Notes: generated from the letters alone by a model not told the origin. A stretch of DNA of 64,000 nt from an uncultured Candidatus Saccharibacteria bacterium (GCA_964409615.1 CAYPDT010000001.1:435880-499879), one strand, 5' to 3'. Counted from the stretch's first letter, positions 25,128-34,345 are shown. Program-made: numbers and translations.

Positions 25128-25634
25128 ATGGATCAAGTTGTTAAGCGTTCGCAAAATTCTGGCCAACAGGCGCCCGTTGGCGCACCAGCAAAAGTTACTC
25201 AGCAAAAACCAAAACGCTTCATTAAGTACATTGTATTTGCTGTAGCAGTATTGCTAGTGCTAGGCGGTGGCTTTATGGCCAAACAAAAAATGATGCGTAA
25301 CGACTTTGCTGGCGCTGTTAATAAAGACCGTTATCAGGCTATCTTCCTTACCAACGGCCAGGTTTACTTTGGTAAAATCGATAAAATTGGTGGCACCGGC
25401 TACACCCTAAAAGACATCTATTACCTTCAAGTTCAACAAGGAGTGCAGGGCGAAAACGCACAGCAGCAAAACCCCGATCAAAATCAGAACCTTTCACTAG
25501 CCAAGCTAGGTAGCGAACTTCACGGCCCAGAAGATGTCATGTACATCGAAGGTAAGCAAGTACTGTTCTGGGAAAACCTCAAGACAGACGGCCAGGTTGC
25601 CAAGGCTATCCAAGCCAACCAAAACAAAAAATAA
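25128..25634 (+). CDS. Hypothetical membrane-anchored protein (168 aa from ATG 25128)
   Basis: GAGGGAG SD ~11 nt upstream of ATG 25128. One TM helix (IVFAVAVLLVLGGGF). Followed by an intrinsic terminator. Confidence 0.6.
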   Translation: MDQVVKRSQNSGQQAPVGAPAKVTQQKPKRFIKYIVFAVAVLLVLGGGFMAKQKMMRNDFAGAVNKDRYQAIFLTNGQVYFGKIDKIGGTGYTLKDIYYLQVQQGVQGENAQQQNPDQNQNLSLAKLGSELHGPEDVMYIEGKQVLFWENLKTDGQVAKAIQANQNKK

Positions 25635-25652
25635 CCATCAAGCGGAAACAAG

Positions 25653-25676
25653 AAAAGAGCCTTCGGGCTCTTTTTT
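25653..25676 (+). terminator. Rho-independent terminator after 25128..25634
   Basis: AAAAGAGCC-TTCG-GGCTCTTTT followed by TT. Confidence 0.8.
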
Positions 25677-25731
25677 ACTTGCGAGACATTGCAACCACTA
25701 GACAAGCATAACCATAAAAGCACCGAAGGTA

Positions 25732-25760
25732 TTGACTTTATTACTATTTTATGTTAAATT
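25732..25760 (+). promoter_or_regulatory. Promoter TTGACT-17-TAAATT, 9 nt upstream of ATG 25770
   Basis: Read directly; no SD lies between the -10 and the ATG. Confidence 0.6.
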
Positions 25761-25769
25761 ATAGGCAAT

Positions 25770-28310
25770 ATGTCTCAATTAGGTGTTGATCATGGCGAAG
25801 CTGTGCAGCCGGTCGGTGTAACCGAACCGGAGCTTCTTGCTATCTATCAGCAAGTCGAAGGTGTGGTTGCTGATACACAATCTATGGCTGAAGCACAGAA
25901 GGCAGCTACAGACACCCTTGCCGCTCAGCAAGAGGGTGACCCGGATTACAACGCATTACTCCGCACACCTGCTGGTGAGTTTTTGAGTAGTGATGCTTTA
26001 GTACAAGTTGTGGTTCTTGGCCATTATGCTCGAAAGGTGCAGCCAGTAGCCGACAGAACGAACGACACTACAATTCCCTTCACCTTAGACAAGAGCGTTC
26101 AAGCACTAGGCGGAACCATATTGCCGTCTCGGCTAACTGAACTACTCACCTTTGTTGCCGCAAGAATGTACAATGGTGAACCATTGCTTGCTGCCGACCA
26201 GAACATGGTTAACACTGCAAAAACAATATTGCGCGAGGTTGTAAACCTAGAATCTGACGTGCCTTTCGTCTGGGAAGACTGGACCAAAGAAGCTCTGGGC
26301 CCCATCGCTGACGTAGTCGAAAACCAAGAGAGTACACTGGCTACCGAAACTGAATCTAGTGTGCAGGAACAAAGTGCCGCACTAGTTGAACAAGCAAAGT
26401 TGATTGCTGCCCTACCAACCGAAGCAACCTTAGACGGGATTGCCGGTATGGCACTCGTCGACACGCTCCGTGGCCTGCAGGACAACGTACACCCACACTT
26501 AATGACTAAAGAAGAAATTCGAGATTGCCTCCAAAAGGGTGTTGATGGTTCTATTCTTGCACTTTTAAATGCATCAAAAGTTCTTGATATTGCTAATACT
26601 GGAGTTAAGGAATCCAATCTTGGTGAAGTTCCTCGGTTAACTCTAATGGCAAATATCGCAGGTATCGGCCGCATGCGGCGCATACCTCAAATTATGCGAG
26701 GCAAATTCAGTCGCAATGCTACGGGCGACCAAAAGGCCGGCCTCATAGTTAACGCACATCAGACTATGCTGGAACTTTTACGTGTCACAGAACATAGTGG
26801 TGAAGCAATTGCCAAACTCCGCCAAACTCGAACACTTAAGGCAGTAAAGCTAAGTTTTAGTAGATTTGTCGAAATGAACCTCGAAGATATAGACAGTCAT
26901 TTTTATGGCGACCTCGATGAGTTTGGCCAGGCCGTTGAGCCGTCTACAGAAGCTACTCTAGAAATGCTGGCCCTCGAACAATATAAAAATGCACGCTTGC
27001 AGCAAGTAGTCGCTGACTTACATGCCAAGGGCGTGCTAAGCACTGTACAAGTTCAGCGCTTAGAACAATCTTTCCAATCACGTCTGGAAAGCTTTATAAC
27101 GCACAGCCAACAAAAAGAAGAACTAGCCGAAATTCAGCAGGTATTAGAACAAATATATGCCGAAATCCAGGGCGCAGAATCTCCATACGCCTACGGTTCT
27201 AAAGCCGTCCGAGCCTTCGAAGGCGGAGTTGGGCTTGTTCGTGATATGACTGAGCTCCTGGATGGCCGAGAACTTGGTGGCGATGAGCGTATTGCACGCG
27301 CACTATCCATGCTTATCTTGCAGTCCGAACAAGCCAAAGACCCTAATGAGTATTTTGATAACCTAGCAATTGCCCGCAACTTTATTCAGCAACGCATGGG
27401 TGATATTGCATTCTTAGGTGCCAGCGACCGCTACAAATCACCGCTTATAGAAACCCTGCAATGGATTGACGAAATGCTTGATTCTGGCAAAGACACAAAC
27501 TTGGCCAACAAACGACTCGAGCAATTCCTTGAGCGTTACTGCCTCGGCATTGAAGAAAGCGCGCAGCAAACTGAACCTATTGTCGACCCAAACCTTGATA
27601 TAGAGGATAACGAAGAAATTGCCGTAGATGAGAATCAGGAACAGCCAACAGAAGAATTACTTGTTGAGCCAGTTGACGAGGATGAATCCCCAGAAGCTGG
27701 TGAGCAAGAAACACCTCCAAGTAAACCAACTAAAGAGCTCGACCCTCAGCAAAAAGCGATTATAGAAGCCTACATTGGAACGCTCAGCGATATTCTGCAA
27801 AACGATATCATTACACATGCCGATGTAGATGTATTTCCTCCTGGTGAATCACTACGAAATGCACGCACAATGGGCGAGGTAACTGGCAATCACTTTATAG
27901 ATGTTGACCCTAAACGCTTAGAAAACTTGGTTTCTATGGCCCATAGCCTGCGCGAAAACGGCAAAACCGTTGAACTCATGTGGACCAACCCTACAAATTG
28001 GTCGCCACTTCCACACTTCGTACTTTACGTGCGAAATAGTGATAGTGATCAGACTGGAGTCTGTATTCTTGAAAATCCTGTCAACGGTAATGCAACCTAT
28101 GCTTTTAAGGTAGACGGTGAAGAGATTGATAGCTGGCAGGCAATTGCCGGTATGCAGCGAAGTATGGCGCGCGGATTCGGTGCAAGTGCCTTCGTGCATC
28201 CTCCAAAAGGTGCCGCAACGTTTAGCCAACACTACAGCTTAAAGCTTATGAGCTACGCAATTTCTAATCTTGGCGCTCCAACCAAACGACTAACGGTTAG
28301 CGGCAAGTAA
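25770..28310 (+). CDS. Large acidic cytoplasmic hypothetical protein (846 aa)
   Basis: Long uninterrupted ORF with a TTGACT-17-TAAATT promoter 9 nt upstream of the ATG. Helical and Glu/Asp/Gln-rich, with no TM helix and no recognisable motif. Confidence 0.7.
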   Translation: MSQLGVDHGEAVQPVGVTEPELLAIYQQVEGVVADTQSMAEAQKAATDTLAAQQEGDPDYNALLRTPAGEFLSSDALVQVVVLGHYARKVQPVADRTNDTTIPFTLDKSVQALGGTILPSRLTELLTFVAARMYNGEPLLAADQNMVNTAKTILREVVNLESDVPFVWEDWTKEALGPIADVVENQESTLATETESSVQEQSAALVEQAKLIAALPTEATLDGIAGMALVDTLRGLQDNVHPHLMTKEEIRDCLQKGVDGSILALLNASKVLDIANTGVKESNLGEVPRLTLMANIAGIGRMRRIPQIMRGKFSRNATGDQKAGLIVNAHQTMLELLRVTEHSGEAIAKLRQTRTLKAVKLSFSRFVEMNLEDIDSHFYGDLDEFGQAVEPSTEATLEMLALEQYKNARLQQVVADLHAKGVLSTVQVQRLEQSFQSRLESFITHSQQKEELAEIQQVLEQIYAEIQGAESPYAYGSKAVRAFEGGVGLVRDMTELLDGRELGGDERIARALSMLILQSEQAKDPNEYFDNLAIARNFIQQRMGDIAFLGASDRYKSPLIETLQWIDEMLDSGKDTNLANKRLEQFLERYCLGIEESAQQTEPIVDPNLDIEDNEEIAVDENQEQPTEELLVEPVDEDESPEAGEQETPPSKPTKELDPQQKAIIEAYIGTLSDILQNDIITHADVDVFPPGESLRNARTMGEVTGNHFIDVDPKRLENLVSMAHSLRENGKTVELMWTNPTNWSPLPHFVLYVRNSDSDQTGVCILENPVNGNATYAFKVDGEEIDSWQAIAGMQRSMARGFGASAFVHPPKGAATFSQHYSLKLMSYAISNLGAPTKRLTVSGK

Positions 28311-29234
28311 GCCACGTAGTTCATCGATTGTAGTAGCAGCCATGAGCTGCTCGCGAAATTCTTTGGCGCCAGCAAAACCTTCGATATAAATCTTGCAGAA
28401 TTTGTTAAGTGTGACCATCCGCCGTTCGGCGTTGCCCCAAGTTTTAGCAAAGAGCTCCACATGCTTGGTGTAGAGGTCTATCTTTTGCTGCTTAGTCATC
28501 TCCTGCCATGGTGTCTGTTTGGCAAAAACATACGGATCATGAAACACGCCACGACCAACCATAATGCCATCTAAATTGTACTGTTCGGCAAGCTGTTCGC
28601 CTTGAGCGCGGCTTTCGACATCACCATTACCAACAATCAAAGTATCAGAGGCAAGGGAAGTGCGGAGTTTTGCAACCTCACCAATTAAATCCCAATGAGC
28701 CGGGACTTTAGACATTTCTTTCACCGTTCGGCCATGAATAGTTAACATGTTAAGCTTATGCTTCAGTAAGAATTCGTGCCATGTAAAGTCAACCGTATTG
28801 AAGCCCAGGCGGGTTTTTACGCTGACAGGGAAGTCATCGCCTACCCCTTCCCTAACCGCCTGCAAAATGTCCCCTGTTAGCTCTCTGTTATTTATAAGTG
28901 CGCTGCAGCATCCGTTTTGGACAACTGGCTTGGCTGGGCAGCCCATATTAATGTCTATGCCAGCAAAGCCCATTTCTTTAATTTCTTTGGCTGTTTGATA
29001 ATAATTTTGAGGTGTCTTACCCCAAACCTGGGCAATAAGTGGCGTCTCTCTATCAGTAAACTGTAGTTTATGAATTAACTTTTCCCTACCCGGACTTTGC
29101 AAGCCATCTACATTCACGAATTCAGTAAAGAACAAGTCTGGTGCCGCTGTGTCAGCAATAATCTGCCGAAACACCGTGTCTGTCACGTCATCCATAGGAG
29201 CTAACACAAAAAAAGGTTGCGGGAGGTTATACAT
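28290..29234 (-). CDS. tRNA-dihydrouridine synthase (Dus family, 314 aa)
   Basis: APMDDVTDTVFRQII, GIDINMGCPAKPVVQNGCCSAL and PVSVKTRLG are Dus TIM-barrel motifs and include the catalytic Cys region. Confidence 0.85.
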   Translation of the reverse strand: MYNLPQPFFVLAPMDDVTDTVFRQIIADTAAPDLFFTEFVNVDGLQSPGREKLIHKLQFTDRETPLIAQVWGKTPQNYYQTAKEIKEMGFAGIDINMGCPAKPVVQNGCCSALINNRELTGDILQAVREGVGDDFPVSVKTRLGFNTVDFTWHEFLLKHKLNMLTIHGRTVKEMSKVPAHWDLIGEVAKLRTSLASDTLIVGNGDVESRAQGEQLAEQYNLDGIMVGRGVFHDPYVFAKQTPWQEMTKQQKIDLYTKHVELFAKTWGNAERRMVTLNKFCKIYIEGFAGAKEFREQLMAATTIDELRGLLAANR

Positions 29235-29240
29235 AGCTGA

Positions 29241-30002
29241 CTAAACTGACCCGACTAAATCACGAAGGGCGCGTTCTGCGATTGGGCGAGCTAAGCTGTG
29301 CTGCCGAGATTGCTGCAAGTGCTTAATCCAGAACTCTAGGCGCTTCTGTTGTTCGGTAACAGCCTTAGCTACTAGTTCCCTACTTTGACCAACGGTAATT
29401 CCAGCCAATACTTCATCTATATGAGTCTTAACCGCTGGGTCTAGTTCGTCAACACTGTAAACATCAATAATTGTCCGCGCACTTTCGAGCCCCCGAACAC
29501 GAGCGGCCCTTTTTAGTACATCAAAACCAGGTGATTCTTGCCCAGCACTTTTAGTATAGGCCTGCAAATCAACGAAGCGTACTAGTTGGCGTACTGCTCT
29601 GTTATCGCCAATTTCTTCGCTTAGACTGGAGAAAGGGTAATCAAGCAATCCAATATCTTCTTGTAAATTAGCCAATCCTTGATGGTCGCTACGTGCTCGT
29701 TGAGCGAAACCGGCAAACTCTGCAGTTTTACTACGGACTGCCTGCTCTGGCATATCAGTTCGAGCCTTACGCTGGTGTTGTAGTACCTCGTTAAGGTGAC
29801 GGGCAGTTTTACCTGGTATGTCATCAAAGGCAACTACTGCCGTTGCAGTATTGAGCTCATCACGAGTGGTGGGCAAAAAACCCTGCGTTTCGTTCATCAC
29901 CTCAAGTCGCTCAAGCGCTGTTAGCTCTTCAGGCAGCAGTATCCGCTGGTCTACCGGCGGCTTTGGTGCTTCGAAAAGTGATTGCTGTTCAGCGATTGTC
30001 AT
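29241..30002 (-). CDS. Hypothetical protein (253 aa)
   Basis: ORF track; soluble and helical; no motif recognised. Confidence 0.55.
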   Translation of the reverse strand: MTIAEQQSLFEAPKPPVDQRILLPEELTALERLEVMNETQGFLPTTRDELNTATAVVAFDDIPGKTARHLNEVLQHQRKARTDMPEQAVRSKTAEFAGFAQRARSDHQGLANLQEDIGLLDYPFSSLSEEIGDNRAVRQLVRFVDLQAYTKSAGQESPGFDVLKRAARVRGLESARTIIDVYSVDELDPAVKTHIDEVLAGITVGQSRELVAKAVTEQQKRLEFWIKHLQQSRQHSLARPIAERALRDLVGSV

Positions 30003-30101
30003 AGATATACGTTATCATAATACAGCTGTTTTTGCAAGAACATAAGCGTTTTAATATTACTCTCTTTACCCCTGTTACACGCAGTTTAGCTCGTTTTAAG
30101 T

Positions 30102-31199
30102 CTACTCCCAACGGAACAAGCGGAAAGCAATAGCATAGACTACGATAATCCAAACGCCGATGATGCCCAGCTGCGGGCCAAGCTCTAGCAAGCCTTTGCC
30201 CTCGTTGGCAATTAAGCGAATGCCGTCGATAACAGGCGTCAGCGGTAAGAAGCCAGAAACCTTCTGCAGCCATTCCGGCATTAAGAACCGCGGGAAGAAT
30301 GTGCCAGACAAAAACATCATCGGAAACACCACAATGTTGCTAAGCGGCGCAGCTTGCTGCTCGTTTCGAGCCCAACCACCAATGGCCAATCCAACCCCCA
30401 AAATACAGATAATACCCAGCACAATAAACAGTGCTAGCTCAAATATATTGCCGCTAATCTTGAGGTTAAATACTAAAATAGCCACTGCAAACTGTACGGC
30501 TATCGATATTACGCCAATGACTGACTGCGAGATTACGTTCGAAATAAAGTACTCCGAGACACGTAGTGGTGTAGTGCGCAAACGACGCAGTACTCCCTGT
30601 TTTTTCAATTCTGGGAAGACATTCACCGGCCCAAATATGCCCAAGCCAATAATCGAGAAGCCGAGCAACCCAGCAAAAGTATAGTCGAAGCGGCTCAAGC
30701 CTTTGTCATTAATCTGGCTACCTGCAGCCGTAAAGGGCATCTCAACCGACACAAACTGCTTATTGATTGCCTGGAATTGGTTCTGCAAAACAGTAGTTAG
30801 CGTACCACCGGCTTGCTCACTATTCTGTGTGTAGTACACCTTAGCTTGGCCAGTTGGCTTGCCGTCTTTCTGCTCACCAAAGTTTGCTGGCAAGACGATA
30901 GTGGCATCTACTTGGCCACGGCGCATTTTATCTTTGGCGTTGTCGAGTGAAGTTACATCGGCATCGACTTTAAAGATTGGATTCTTTTTGGTTTGCTCAA
31001 CAAGCTGCTGTGCGTACGGGCTTTTCGATTCGTTTACTAGGCCAACCGTAAATGATAAATCTCGGTCTTTACCAAATATGCCGCCAAAGACAAACAAGAA
31101 AATTAACGGAAAAGCAAAGACAAAAAAAATGGCCGTTTTGTCGCGAAAGGCCCGGCGAATAGCAATTTTAGAAAAGGTTCTAATAGATAAATAATTCAT
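30102..31199 (-). CDS. ABC-2 type transporter permease (365 aa)
   Basis: N-terminal TM helix, a large extracytoplasmic loop, then five C-terminal TM helices. Immediately downstream of an ABC ATPase (3-nt gap). Confidence 0.75.
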   Translation of the reverse strand: MNYLSIRTFSKIAIRRAFRDKTAIFFVFAFPLIFLFVFGGIFGKDRDLSFTVGLVNESKSPYAQQLVEQTKKNPIFKVDADVTSLDNAKDKMRRGQVDATIVLPANFGEQKDGKPTGQAKVYYTQNSEQAGGTLTTVLQNQFQAINKQFVSVEMPFTAAGSQINDKGLSRFDYTFAGLLGFSIIGLGIFGPVNVFPELKKQGVLRRLRTTPLRVSEYFISNVISQSVIGVISIAVQFAVAILVFNLKISGNIFELALFIVLGIICILGVGLAIGGWARNEQQAAPLSNIVVFPMMFLSGTFFPRFLMPEWLQKVSGFLPLTPVIDGIRLIANEGKGLLELGPQLGIIGVWIIVVYAIAFRLFRWE

Positions 31200-31201
31200 G
31201 G

Positions 31202-31981
31202 CTAGTCCTTCAAGTCCTTCCCGGTTAAATCAATAAACACATCCTCCAGGTTAGCCTGTTCGACATGCTGCTTCTTACTAAATCCACGAGCCAGCAACTG
31301 TTTAATAAGATTCTTGGGTGTATCGATAGTTACAATCTTGCCGTTATCCATAATAGCTACTCGGTCACAAAGTAATTCGGCTTCATCCATGTAATGTGTG
31401 GTCAAGATAACAGTCACGCCTTTAGCTTGAATATCACGAATCAAATCCCATAGGTTGCGCCGAGCCTGTGGATCGAGGCCAGTAGTTGGCTCATCCAGGA
31501 AAAAGACTTTGGGCTTATGGACCAAAGAGGCAATAACGCTAAACCGCTGCTTTTGGCCGCCAGAAAGCTTCTCGACATAACTGTTGGCCTTATCGGCCAG
31601 GTTCACTTCCTCCAAAAGCTTCTTAGCATTCACCTTCACGCCGTACGCCGAAGCCATCTGCTCTAGCTGTTCAGTAAGCTTTACACTCGTCATAAAGGCT
31701 GGACTTTGTGGTTGCACGCCAATGATATACTTCACTGCTTGTGGGTCTTCTGCAACGTCGATACCGTCTACCAAGGCTTGCCCACCATCAATCGGCCGCA
31801 ACGTTTCTATCATTTCTAAGGTTGTAGTCTTACCAGCACCATTAGGGCCCAAGATACCAAACACTTCGCCCTTTTTAACACTAAAGGTTATACCTTTAAC
31901 TACCGTTTTATCATCATACTTTTTAGTAAGTCCGGTAACCTCGAGAATTGGTTTACCGCCTTGAATTGTTGCTTTTACCAT
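31202..31981 (-). CDS. ABC transporter ATP-binding protein (259 aa)
   Basis: Walker A GPNGAGKTT, signature LSGGQKQR, Walker B FFLDEPTTGLD, H-loop TTHYMDEA. Confidence 0.92.
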   Translation of the reverse strand: MVKATIQGGKPILEVTGLTKKYDDKTVVKGITFSVKKGEVFGILGPNGAGKTTTLEMIETLRPIDGGQALVDGIDVAEDPQAVKYIIGVQPQSPAFMTSVKLTEQLEQMASAYGVKVNAKKLLEEVNLADKANSYVEKLSGGQKQRFSVIASLVHKPKVFFLDEPTTGLDPQARRNLWDLIRDIQAKGVTVILTTHYMDEAELLCDRVAIMDNGKIVTIDTPKNLIKQLLARGFSKKQHVEQANLEDVFIDLTGKDLKD

Positions 31982-31987
31982 AACATA

Positions 31988-31996
31988 ACTATATCA
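31988..31996 (-). promoter_or_regulatory. Extended -10 (TGaTATAGT), 6 nt upstream of the ABC ATPase ATG 31981
   Basis: Read directly on the minus strand; no SD. Confidence 0.5.
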
Positions 31997-31999
31997 GAT

Positions 32000-32137
32000 G
32001 TCCTGCGTATCCTGCGGCCACCTGACCGCTCACGCGCGGGTGGTCTGGCAACTGAACTGCAGAAAATATCGCATTTCTTTGCCAGACCAAACCGGCTGCG
32101 CTTGCGGAGAGTCAGGTAGCTGCACAATACGCAGAAC
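32000..32137 (-). repeat. Long-hairpin element, copy 1 (candidate structured RNA, minus-strand sense)
   Basis: 27-nt outer arms (32000-32026 / 32111-32137, 22 of 27 paired). The 84-nt core is roughly 80-85% identical by eye to the reverse complement of copy 2. The inner 10-bp helix is GGTCTGGCAA/TTGCCAGACC. Confidence 0.8.
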
Positions 32138-32151
32138 GCAGAAAATAAGTA

Positions 32152-32180
32152 CAAAAAAACGACCCGGGTGGTGCCCGGGC
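32152..32180 (-). terminator. Rho-independent terminator after the 65-aa gene
   Basis: On the minus strand: CCCGGG-CACCA-CCCGGG stem-loop, then TCGTTTTTTT. Confidence 0.75.
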
Positions 32181-32204
32181 CGCTCGTATCCAATATAGTC
32201 AGAA

Positions 32205-32402
32205 CTATTTGGTTCGCTTAACGGTAAGGAAACCGTTGCGTGGGTTTTCGTTAACTTCCATACCTGCTGGTAGGTCAGTTGCTTCTGGGCGTGAGTCTTT
32301 GCTGAAGTAGTAGATAGTCTGCTCTTTGCCGCCTCGTAGAACAACCTTCTTTGAGTTCAGGTGGTAGGTAACTCCCTTTGAGTTTGTGTGCTTGTAAGCC
32401 AT
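32205..32402 (-). CDS. Small basic hypothetical protein (65 aa)
   Basis: TTGACA-18-TATGTT promoter, GAGGGAG SD 7 nt upstream of the ATG, and an intrinsic terminator downstream. This set of expression signals supports a real gene. Confidence 0.7.
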   Translation of the reverse strand: MAYKHTNSKGVTYHLNSKKVVLRGGKEQTIYYFSKDSRPEATDLPAGMEVNENPRNGFLTVKRTK

Positions 32403-32441
32403 TTATTGTCTCCCTCTCTTATGCGTTAGTAATGCATCCCT

Positions 32442-32471
32442 AACATACTCTGGGGTATTCCCGCTTGTCAA
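32442..32471 (-). promoter_or_regulatory. Promoter TTGACA-18-TATGTT of the 65-aa gene
   Basis: -35 at 32466-32471 and -10 at 32442-32447. Followed by a leader carrying a GAGGGAG SD. Confidence 0.6.
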
Positions 32472-32518
32472 TAACATTTAACACTTTGACCGGTGTTTAC
32501 CCCTGTTACGGTTACTGT

Positions 32519-33634
32519 CTATTTTACCTCACGTTGTGCACCAGCTTCGATACAAGCCGAGCCCTGGAAGGCCTTCTGAATGTCGGCATCTTTCTCGTAA
32601 TCTTTACAGTCAGATGGTGATTGGAAGCCAAGTACGCCAGCATATTTCCACTCTTTTTGTGCCTCGGTTTTAACAAATTTAAGCGGTGCTGTATTAGTAC
32701 TAACGGTCGTGATTTTGTAGTTATTCTTGCCATCTTCAACTTTGCTAATGCCAAAGTATTCATACTGGCTCTTGGCAACAGCCTTCAGGTACAAGTCTAC
32801 AAAAGGCTTAACTTCTTTGGCTGCGCTAGCAATTTTGTCTGTTGTAATACAGTCTGCCCATACAGAGCTGTAACCTGCATTTATGGGCATCGAGCAAAGT
32901 ATTGAATCTTTTTTGTAGTAGTCGTAGGTAACATCAGTTGCCGGTTGGGTGATGGTTATGGTATCAACTTTCTTATACCCCAGTGTTGTAATGTACTCCC
33001 CAAGCGCCTTTAAGGTGTCGGCTTGTGCCTTGCTGCTCACTTCGTAGCTAGTACCCTTGGCATTGATAAGATGATTAAAACTTCCACCCTCCTCAGTAGG
33101 GATGTGCACCATGTAGTCAACACCATCAGTTTTATATATGACACCGTTTCTATTATCGTCTTCTACTGTGTAGGTATAGTTAGCCTTTTGAGCATCATGC
33201 AGTGTTTTGGCTTTGGCCTCGAGTTTCAAAATGGTTACTACTGGGGTTGTTGCATCTTCTTTAGTCGTGTCGCTTACGACTGGCTGATTATTGTTTGGGG
33301 CTGCCTTTTTATCTTTACCCGTGAGCAAGAAGAATGATAGGCCACCAATAATAAGCAGTACTACCAGGACGGCGACAATCGGCAAAGCCTTGGAACGGGG
33401 TTTCTTGAATGGTGCTGGTTGCGACAAATAGCCGACCGATGGGCTTGGTGTTGATTCTGCAGGCGTCTCGTTTGGTAGGCTAAGTGGTGAAGATGGCTCA
33501 GCAGGCGCGTTGGGTACCGCAGGTTCCTGGGTTACTACCGGCTCCGAAACCGTTGGCTCTGGTGTAGGGGGTGTGGTTGTTGGTTGATCTGGCTCGAAAC
33601 TAGTTGGGGGTTGTGTATTATCCATAAGCATCAT
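32519..33634 (-). CDS. Pro/Thr-rich membrane-anchored hypothetical protein (371 aa)
   Basis: Pro-rich N-terminus, one TM helix (LPIVAVLVVLLIIGGLSFFLL), and a ~250-aa ectodomain containing Cys residues. Confidence 0.6.
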   Translation of the reverse strand: MMLMDNTQPPTSFEPDQPTTTPPTPEPTVSEPVVTQEPAVPNAPAEPSSPLSLPNETPAESTPSPSVGYLSQPAPFKKPRSKALPIVAVLVVLLIIGGLSFFLLTGKDKKAAPNNNQPVVSDTTKEDATTPVVTILKLEAKAKTLHDAQKANYTYTVEDDNRNGVIYKTDGVDYMVHIPTEEGGSFNHLINAKGTSYEVSSKAQADTLKALGEYITTLGYKKVDTITITQPATDVTYDYYKKDSILCSMPINAGYSSVWADCITTDKIASAAKEVKPFVDLYLKAVAKSQYEYFGISKVEDGKNNYKITTVSTNTAPLKFVKTEAQKEWKYAGVLGFQSPSDCKDYEKDADIQKAFQGSACIEAGAQREVK

Positions 33635-33717
33635 TGTAGCACCATCGTGGCACCTTAAGCTGGCATGGACACTATCAGCAGTTCTGCCGCGAGAACAGCT
33701 CCCTCGACGTGCTTAGA

Positions 33718-34329
33718 CTATAAGTCGTGCAGCTCGGCCTTCACCCAGCGTTCAATCCCAAAGCGTACCACAAAACAGGCAAACGAAATACTGGCGACCA
33801 CCAAACTCCAACCGGCTAAATCCGGCGACCAAACTGGTGATACGAAATCAAACTTGTACAGGCTATCTGGTATTTCTTTCTGTTGAATTCCTCGAGCACT
33901 AACATATTCGGTAATGCATGGTATGCGCCCACTGCCCGACAGGCCAACTGGGAAGCGCTTTTCACATTCAGCTTGGGCTTCGGTGTATATCTTAACGTTC
34001 TCAACACTCAAACGGTCTTGCTCGGCCTTCACAAGCCGTTCATAACGATACTTAAGCTGTATTGGCTGTTTGATACCGTTATCACCGCTCGATAGACTAG
34101 TATTCATGTGGCTGTACATATATTGCCGCAGTTCCCTGAGGGACGCCTCGACATCGCCGTTATCTTTGTCGGTCTGTACTACCTTATCTCGTAGGCGCAT
34201 GGCAGTGATATTGTTGTTCCGCAAAGCAAAAATACTGACCACCCCACTAACAATGGCCACAACCAAGAAAGCCCACAAATTAATGTGTTTGAGTACCTTG
34301 TAAAAGTGTCGGAACCAGCGCTTATCCAT
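33718..34329 (-). CDS. Hypothetical membrane protein, two TM helices (203 aa)
   Basis: TM helices near both ends (LWAFLVVAIVSGVVSIFAL; GWSLVVASISFACFVV). Confidence 0.55.
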   Translation of the reverse strand: MDKRWFRHFYKVLKHINLWAFLVVAIVSGVVSIFALRNNNITAMRLRDKVVQTDKDNGDVEASLRELRQYMYSHMNTSLSSGDNGIKQPIQLKYRYERLVKAEQDRLSVENVKIYTEAQAECEKRFPVGLSGSGRIPCITEYVSARGIQQKEIPDSLYKFDFVSPVWSPDLAGWSLVVASISFACFVVRFGIERWVKAELHDL

Positions 34330-34345
34330 AACCGTTATTATGCCC

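Noticed and set aside
32034-32078. A mini-ORF inside the long-hairpin core (MRYFLQFSCQTTRA in copy 1; MLLQFSCHAIRA in copy 2)
   Set aside because: The shared LQFSC and RA-stop follow from nucleotide conservation. The start codon and N-terminus are not conserved. The differences between copies are the compensatory stem substitutions, which fits selection on structure rather than on a peptide.
32030-32344. A 104-aa minus-strand ORF spanning the 32-kb hairpin element
   Set aside because: It runs through an intrinsic terminator and the structured element, and it overlaps the well-supported 65-aa gene in another frame. It has no start signals.
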